DNA from: Eledone cirrhosa
Taxonomy: Eukaryota
Assembly (NCBI GenBank): GCA_964016885.1
Contig: CAXHJY010000109.1
Span: 124,001-188,000, forward strand
Direction of reading: 5' to 3'
Length of the DNA: 64,000 nucleotides
Shown: piece after piece, positions 55,945 through 64,000 of the stretch
Numbering within the stretch: the first letter of the stretch is position 1
Layout: every line of letters starts with the position of its first letter
Program-made: the position numbers and the translations under genes
The notes under the pieces: generated by a model
The model's database searches: none
Seen by the model: the letters and a program-made list of their open reading frames with translations, nothing else
What the model was told of the DNA's origin: nothing

Positions 55945-56568
55945 CTTACTTATCAGGTAAAGTATTTTTGTTCCTGTAATCAACAATAATTAAATATCAT
56001 TTATCAAATTTTAATTAACTTTCTAATATTTTACTATCTTTATGGCGATGATGGTGTTGGTGATGGTGATAATGATGATGATGATGATGGTGTTGTTGGT
56101 GATGGTGATAATGATGATGACGATGATGGTGTTGGTGATGACGATGATGGTGTTGGTGATGGTGATAACGATGATGACGATGATGTTGATGTATAAAGGC
56201 CCACACAGATATATACACACGCATAATACATATTCACTCACATACATACAATATAACACACACCGACCTATATACACAACACACACCGACCTATATACAC
56301 AACACACACAGAACACACACATAGACACATAGACACACACACACACAGGCACACATACACAGACACACACATAGATACACACACACACAGAGATACACAC
56401 ACAGACACACACACAGATACACACACACACACATAGACACACGCAGAAACATAGACACACACACACAAACACACATACACAGATACACACACAGACACAC
56501 ACATAGATACACACACAAACACACACACAGACAGACAGACCACACACACACAGACACACTCAGATAGA

Positions 56569-56609
<41 letters not shown>

Positions 56610-57242
56610 CACATACACACATAGATACATACACACATAGAGACACTCACACACAGCAAACACCATAAAATACACACTACACAGAGATACACAAAAACAT
56701 AGAAACACACACACACACACACATACAACATACCACACATACACAGATTCTCATATACACACACACATACAACATACCTCACACATACACAACATACCAA
56801 ACATACACACACACTGAGAATCGATAATACACACACATACTCTTTCTCTCGCACGTACACACACAAAATAACTCATGAAACACACATATATACCATACAA
56901 CACACACATAGCACACACACTCACATACATACACCACACACACACACCACATACACACACAACACACACCACACACACACACCACATACACACACCACAC
57001 GTACATACACCATACACCACGCACAGACACATACACCATACACACAAACCACACACACATACACCACATACACACACCACACATACACACACCATACTCC
57101 ACGCACATACATACACACTACATACACACACACCACACACACACACACACCACATACACACACCACACATACACACAACTCTATCCCCCACAACCACAAC
57201 CTCTCACAAAATCCGATATAAATACTAATACATTCGTTTCTG

Positions 57243-57312
57243 CCAATGTATTATTAACCGGAAGTGAGTGGCTGGTCATTGATTGAACGAGCGGAAGTCA
57301 TCGACCGGAAGT
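57243..57312. promoter_or_regulatory. candidate promoter/enhancer: three ETS-type motifs plus CCAAT
   Basis: CCGGAAGT at 57258, GCGGAAGT at 57291, CCGGAAGT at 57305 and CCAAT at 57243, in a CpG-containing unique island. Confidence 0.4.
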
Positions 57313-57490
57313 TGATCCCTCTCTAATTACAAATTTCACCCAACACGTTGGCTTTTATAATTATTACTCAGTCATTCATAATTCCAGTCGAGTGAAGTTT
57401 TAAAGCCTCGTTCTCAAATTACCAGCTCTCTATACAATATACATCACTGATCAATTTACTACCCCTCCCCTACCCCCACTCTCACTCTCA

Positions 57491-57548
<58 letters not shown>

Positions 57549-57552
57549 TATA

Positions 57553-57664
57553 TGAGTTCAAATCCCGCTGAGGTTGACTTTGCCTTTCATCCTTACCGGG
57601 TCGATAAAATAAAGTACCAGTAATGCACTGGTGTATTGCTGGCCTTGTGCCAAAAAGTAGAAAC

Positions 57665-57668
<4 letters not shown>
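57553..57668 (+). mobile_element. 5'-truncated SINE family A in (TA)n
   Basis: Runs from the B box to the tail. Confidence 0.85.
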
Positions 57669-57753
<85 letters not shown>

Positions 57754-57927
57754 TATATATATATATGTATATATATATATAATATATTATATATATATAT
57801 GTATATATATATATAATATATTATATATATATATGTATATATATATATAATATATTATATATATATATATATAATATATTATATATATATATATATAATA
57901 TATTATATATATATATATATAATATAT

Positions 57928-57963
<36 letters not shown>

Positions 57964-58065
57964 ATATATATTTATAATATATATTTATATATATATTTAT
58001 ATATATATATATTTATATATATATTTATATATATATATATTTATATATATATTTATATATATATA

Positions 58066-58138
<73 letters not shown>

Positions 58139-58223
58139 TTATATATATATATTTATATATATATTTATATATATATTTATATATATATTTATATATATAT
58201 ATTTATATATATATTTATATATA

Positions 58224-58269
<46 letters not shown>

Positions 58270-58395
58270 TATATATATATTTATATATATATTTATATAT
58301 ATATATTTATATATATATTTATATATATATTTATATATATATAATATATATATATATACTTATATATATATAATATATATATATATATTTATATA
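57668..58395. repeat. interrupted (TA)n array
   Basis: Directly visible. Confidence 0.95.
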
Positions 58396-58446
58396 AAATA
58401 TTAAACAAATAATGAACAAACAATTCCTTATATTAAACAAAAAAAG

Positions 58447-58601
58447 TTCACTATTTAACGATCGTTTCTAGGGCATATATGTGTTATAATTGGTATGCAT
58501 ATTTAACAGATCTATGTACAAAATTATACAAAATTATACAAATTATCAAGATTAAATATACATACCTAACTCATATATACGCCGTCTTCAGAAATAATGA
58601 A
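58447..58601 (-). ncRNA. hammerhead motif with ~116-nt stem II (copy 2)
   Basis: Minus strand TTCATTATTT CTGAAGA [116 nt, hairpin] GAAA CGATCG TT AAATAGTGAA, giving a 10-bp stem I. Confidence 0.75.
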
Positions 58602-59359
58602 GTATATTTATTGATAATAACAACAATTCAAAATATCAGTTCAAAATTGACCAATGAAAACACAAAGGGTTAAAAGCAGTTTGGTGTGTGTATACACATG
58701 CAAAAACCTTACACATATTTTACAATAATGTGTGTATAATTTGTATGTGTATACTAAAAAGATGGATGCAAACACAAAATTTCAAGGTTAATATCTCTGT
58801 AAGCTTAATGCGCTGATAAGATACGCAAAGATACTTATGGAGTCAAGCATATAAATATATTTTTTTCATACTCACACATATCAGTATAATCACACATACA
58901 TGTGCGTATATGCATAAATATACACATAACCACGAACATACAAACACACACACTCCCCCACTCACATTTATATATGTGGATATAAAATCATAAGCAAATA
59001 GAAATTAAGTCACTCACATAAAAACACTGGTACACACATTTCAAGATCAAGATACAGAAATTAGGTGGGAGGGGGGGGGAGGGGTCAGTATTAGATTGTC
59101 AGACCAGACAGCCTAATATAAATGTATCTATAAATTAAGAAAAATAAAAAAATAAAAACAATAAAATATAATAAATGTACATACACATACAGATATACAT
59201 ACACATACATACATGTACGCGCACATAGAGATATCTACACATACATACATACACACATACCTATACTGTCATACACACACATACATTTACACGAACATAC
59301 ACATACACATATAAAAAGATATAAATACACACACACTCACGCGCAACACATACACACAT

Positions 59360-59398
<39 letters not shown>

Positions 59399-59419
59399 TA
59401 TACACACACACATAGACTC

Positions 59420-59451
<32 letters not shown>

Positions 59452-59631
59452 ATACAAACATATATATCCCCACACTCATACCACCATAAATATACATACA
59501 AACACCCACATGTATATATATATATATATATATATATATCCACATACACACACGTACACATATATATATACATACATACACATATATACACATACATATA
59601 TATATATACACACACATAAAAAACAGACATG

Positions 59632-59666
<35 letters not shown>

Positions 59667-59756
59667 CCTTACTCTTATATATACACATAGTATATATACA
59701 TACACAACCTCACTTATACACATATACACATAAGTTATATTACAATAATAATAAAG

Positions 59757-59801
<45 letters not shown>

Positions 59802-59926
59802 TATACATATATATATATATATACACACACATACATACACATACATACATACACCTAAACATATACATACATAAATACACACATACGAATAAAGACATAT
59901 ATTCACACATAGACACCTATATACAC

Positions 59927-59958
<32 letters not shown>

Positions 59959-59976
59959 CTATATATATACACATAT

Positions 59977-60015
<39 letters not shown>

Positions 60016-61551
60016 CACACACACACACACACACAGACACACATACACACTCACATATACATATATATATATATGTGTATGTGAGTGTGCGCAAATACAT
60101 ATATATATACACACACACATACAAACACACACAAACACATACATATGCATACATGCACACACACACACATATATCACATAGATACGAAGATAAACATATA
60201 AATAGAGAGACATACAAATATATACAGAACCCATATACACATACATACAACCACGCATATACATATACATACATATATACACATATATATATTCCTATAT
60301 ACAAGCATACACATACATACACATATATACATATACATACACATATACATACCACACATTCACATACACATACATATATAATACATATATATACATATAT
60401 ATACATACATATGTATGTACAATCATATATACACACTCAATCTTACATTCATATTTACATGCTCATATATGTATTTTTATATTTAGAAATAAATACCAAA
60501 ACCTATATAGACACCCACCTACACATATATTCATACATATACTCTTACAAAAACAGATGATAATAGTATGGGGGAAAGGGGGGGTTTGGAGAAGGGGATC
60601 AAAGTAAATATATGTTTCAAGAAACATATAATATTTTCCGTATCTTAATTCAATGTATGTTCTTACATATTTTCAGTGCTAGGAAATACGAAATCTATGC
60701 ATCCCAAAATAAAAAAGTATACCATTAATCATATGTTAACTAAACCAAAGATAGTCAACATATTGATTTCCAAGGTGTAAATTAGTTAGGTTTATAATAT
60801 TTGAAGCAGAATTATGAAGTCAAACAGTAGTAGATTATTAATTACATTATAACTAAATTAAAGTTAATAACGTTATGGTATCAATATTAGGAGATGAATT
60901 TAGTAATAGGGAAAAGAAACCCAAATAAAAATAAAATAAAGTATTACATCGGTAGTAGCATATAAATTATATGTTAACTAAATTAAAAATTATATATTTA
61001 TTTCAATAGTATACGTTAATTAGTATATGTTAATTAGGTATACAATACATAAAGCAGATATTGTATTTCATCAATAGCATAATATAATTATATGCAAATA
61101 AAAATCAAAATTAATACGCATACATATACATATACATACACATACACATATATATACATATACACACACATATATATATATATACATATATATACACATA
61201 CATACATATATAGTCACATAAATATACATACAGATACACATACAATACACACATATACATATACATATAGATATACATATCTTTTTCAAAACATTGCACA
61301 GAATATATTAACTAGGTATATATCCAAAACACATCCCATTCTATGATTACATGACATTCTGCAATTCGTCTGTACAAGGATACTAATTTTAAGCAAATTA
61401 AAATTAAAATTTTAGGTTGATTAAAACTAAAACCAAATAATAAATATATTTCCAAAATGTATATTAATTAGGTCTATAATACTAAAAATTCTTTCTCCGT
61501 CATAGGATACATGATATTATTTTGTTATATTTTATCTGTAAAAGAATTATA

Positions 61552-61591
<40 letters not shown>

Positions 61592-61779
61592 ATAATAAAA
61601 GGTTCAAATAAATTAAAATTAATCTATAAATTAAATTACTGAGTATATATTAGTAATATTTAAAGGTTTTTCAAAATTTATGATTACATAATATTTTCTC
61701 ATCTGTAATAAAATATTAATTAAATTAAATTTATAGGTTAACTAACATTTAAATTAAATTAAATTCTAGAATAATGTTA

Positions 61780-63896
61780 TTAATTAGGTTTATAATATTT
61801 AAATGTTTTTTTTAGTTTATGATTACACGATATAATTAATTCCTGTCTTTTATTTAATAAGATATCCCTAGACTTCATTATTTCAAATAGTTCTTGGGAA
61901 CATAATCTACATTCCTTTCTATTATTTTGATAAGGGGTGGCTCTTTTGAGCACACTCCAGGTCAAATCATATTTTATATTTTTATTTTTATAACTATTGA
62001 TTTTTTCTGCTAGAGATGTTGTATTAGCCAGTGCGGCATTTTTAAAGCTATGTTTGTGGGTATTATACCTTGTCTTAAAATTGTTAGAGGTAGCTCCTAT
62101 ATATGAGCAAATAGAATCTTTAGTTTTAACATTACATTTATAGACTATGTTGTTAACAAGACAATTCCCTTTTAATGGGCAGTTTGTTTTGTTTCTACAG
62201 TTACATCCTTTCGTTAATTCTGTATTTGAGGAGATATTATTGTTAATTTGATGTACTGGTGGTATACTTATGGTTTTCTTACATTTATATGCATTATATG
62301 CACTTATATTTTGTTTTATGTTATTTGTTGTAGAGTATGAGAATTTAACTGTAGACCTATTTAAGATTTGATGGTATTTGTGGTTTGGCGGGAAGTTTTT
62401 CTCAAGGATATAAAAAAATTTTTTAGCAATATTATCCTTAACTTGTAAATTAAAAGGAGCATTATACCAAGTAACTCGTCTATTACGGTTTCTATGTTGT
62501 TTATTATTTTTATTATTTTTATATGTTGTATCATGATTTTTACTAGGAGGATTAATGTTAATGATCTCACCACAACTATTTTTAGTTATATTTGTAGATT
62601 TAGGTGTTTTATCTTTTTTATTAGGAGTTTTATTATTAATATTTATTATAGTCGTATGATGAGTAGTTTTTTGAGGGTTACTATACTTTATATTAGAAGA
62701 TTTAGTATTTTGGGGTATACTGTGGGTGGCATTTAGGTGTGTACTTTTCATTTGGTGTTTGTTGGTAATATTATGCTGTATGCTTTCAGTATTTTTAGTA
62801 GAAGGTATATACTCTAATCTATTTTTGTGGCCACTTCTATCTAGAGCTTCATTATAAAAGGTCGCATTTTTATCAAATACATCTTGGTTAGAAGAAAGGT
62901 TAGAAATTCTAAGTGATATATTATATGCAAGGTTTTTAAGGATAGATTTAGGGTGATTAGATTGTGAGTGTATGTAATGTAAGTTTTGGTTAGGTTTATG
63001 GTAAGGTTGGTATATACCCGTAGCTAAATCTAAAGTTATATCTAGGAAATTTACTACTTTACTTGTTTTTTCAAAAGTAATATTAAGATTATAATAGTCT
63101 TTAAGGAAAGTTCTAATATGCTTTTTGTTTTTTTCGATTTCTGAAAGGCTAAGGTTGTTAGAAAGAAGAAGACAGTCATCACGATATAAACCACCTTTGA
63201 GGTGGGGAAAAGAGGCATTTATGTTGAAAAGGAGAAAGAGGCCCACAAGATCAGTAATTTGGGCGGAATCGCTTGAACCCATAGTAATATCAAAAAGATT
63301 ACTGTAAGTGTTTCTGGTCCAGTATTCATTCTGAAATTCAATAAGTGTTTGTCTAGCATGTGTAATAATGTTAATGTCATCCGAAGTTAAATTAGATCTA
63401 TTTTTAGCAAATATTAATGCTTTGTTCAGGAGTATGGGTGATATAGAAGAATAGTAATTATCTATATCAAATTGTAGGAAAGAAGCAGAAGATTTACACC
63501 TAATATTTTTAAACCAATTAATTACCTGGGAGGTGTTTTCCCAGAGTGGTAAAATAACGTATTTTCTTATTTGTGGGATGACTCTATCTAAAATTTTTTT
63601 GCTAATTATTCCAATATCTGATTTGGAGGGACATATAAGTCTAATAGAAGATTAGAGTTAAAGTTAGATTTGTGATCTTTCAGGTTGAAGTGTGGACTTT
63701 TCAATGCCAAAGGTTCAGTTCTATCTTCAATATTTAGTTTTTTTACTATGTTGTGTGTTTTGTTGTTGATGTTGGTGAGTGACACATTATTAGATTTTTT
63801 ATAATTTTTTCTGAGTTCTTTATATATGAACTCATTATAATGTTCAATATCCATATGATACAAGTTACCAGTTTTGTCCGAGTGGACATGGATTTT
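61780..63896 (-). pseudogene. Penelope-like element polyprotein (RT plus C-terminal GIY-YIG), Naiad-like, frameshifted near 63650
   Basis: The frame is open from 63651 to 61780: IRLICPSKSDIGIISKKILD..FLQFDIDNYYSSI..FDITMGSSDSAQITDLVG..GLYRDD..VNFLD..HSQSNHP..WYNAPF..CNCRNKTNCPLKGNC..IVY..YIGAT..FKTRYNTHKHSF..CRLC..E. The upstream frame has SDKTGNLY..LKDHKSNF, with a further stop at ~63897. The element probably continues past the window edge. Confidence 0.9.
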
Positions 63897-64000
63897 TTAG
63901 ACTTTTTTAGGTCCAATAGGGTAGAATCAAGGTCCTTTTGAAAGACGGATTTATACTTTTAAATTTGAGGTGTTTAATTAAATTAAAAAGGTCTTTCTCG

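Noticed and set aside
61554-61589. Poly-A run as a retroelement tail
   Set aside because: It is on the opposite strand to the PLE ORF, with no recognisable + strand element or TSD.
61780-63651. Selenocysteine recoding, as reported for some Naiad elements
   Set aside because: The open frame has no in-frame TGA. The TGA in the 45903-46335 relic is not at a cysteine position.

Overview
Repeat-saturated, AT-rich eukaryotic DNA. The SINE families and the (TA)n/(CA)n/(ACC)n load suggest an octopod cephalopod; this is inference from recalled repeat families, not a search result. No intact host gene can be established, and nearly all ORF-track entries are microsatellite or satellite translations. 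Supported content: a decayed Penelope-like retroelement (RT YRDD plus C-terminal GIY-YIG, Naiad-like) at the right edge and a second GIY-YIG relic; about nine complete or near-complete type I hammerhead ribozyme (HHR) motifs and several half-motifs in PLE-type ends next to (TA)n; an internally deleted mariner with ~105-bp TIRs; RTE, CR1-like and L1/Tx1-like LINE fragments; more than 20 tRNA-derived SINE pieces; and tandem arrays of 51, 78, 94 and ~28 bp. The most unusual signal is two related HHRs whose stem II is a ~115-nt hairpin, one of them 3.2 kb downstream of the PLE ORF on the same strand. All ribozyme folds were assigned by eye and need computational and experimental confirmation.
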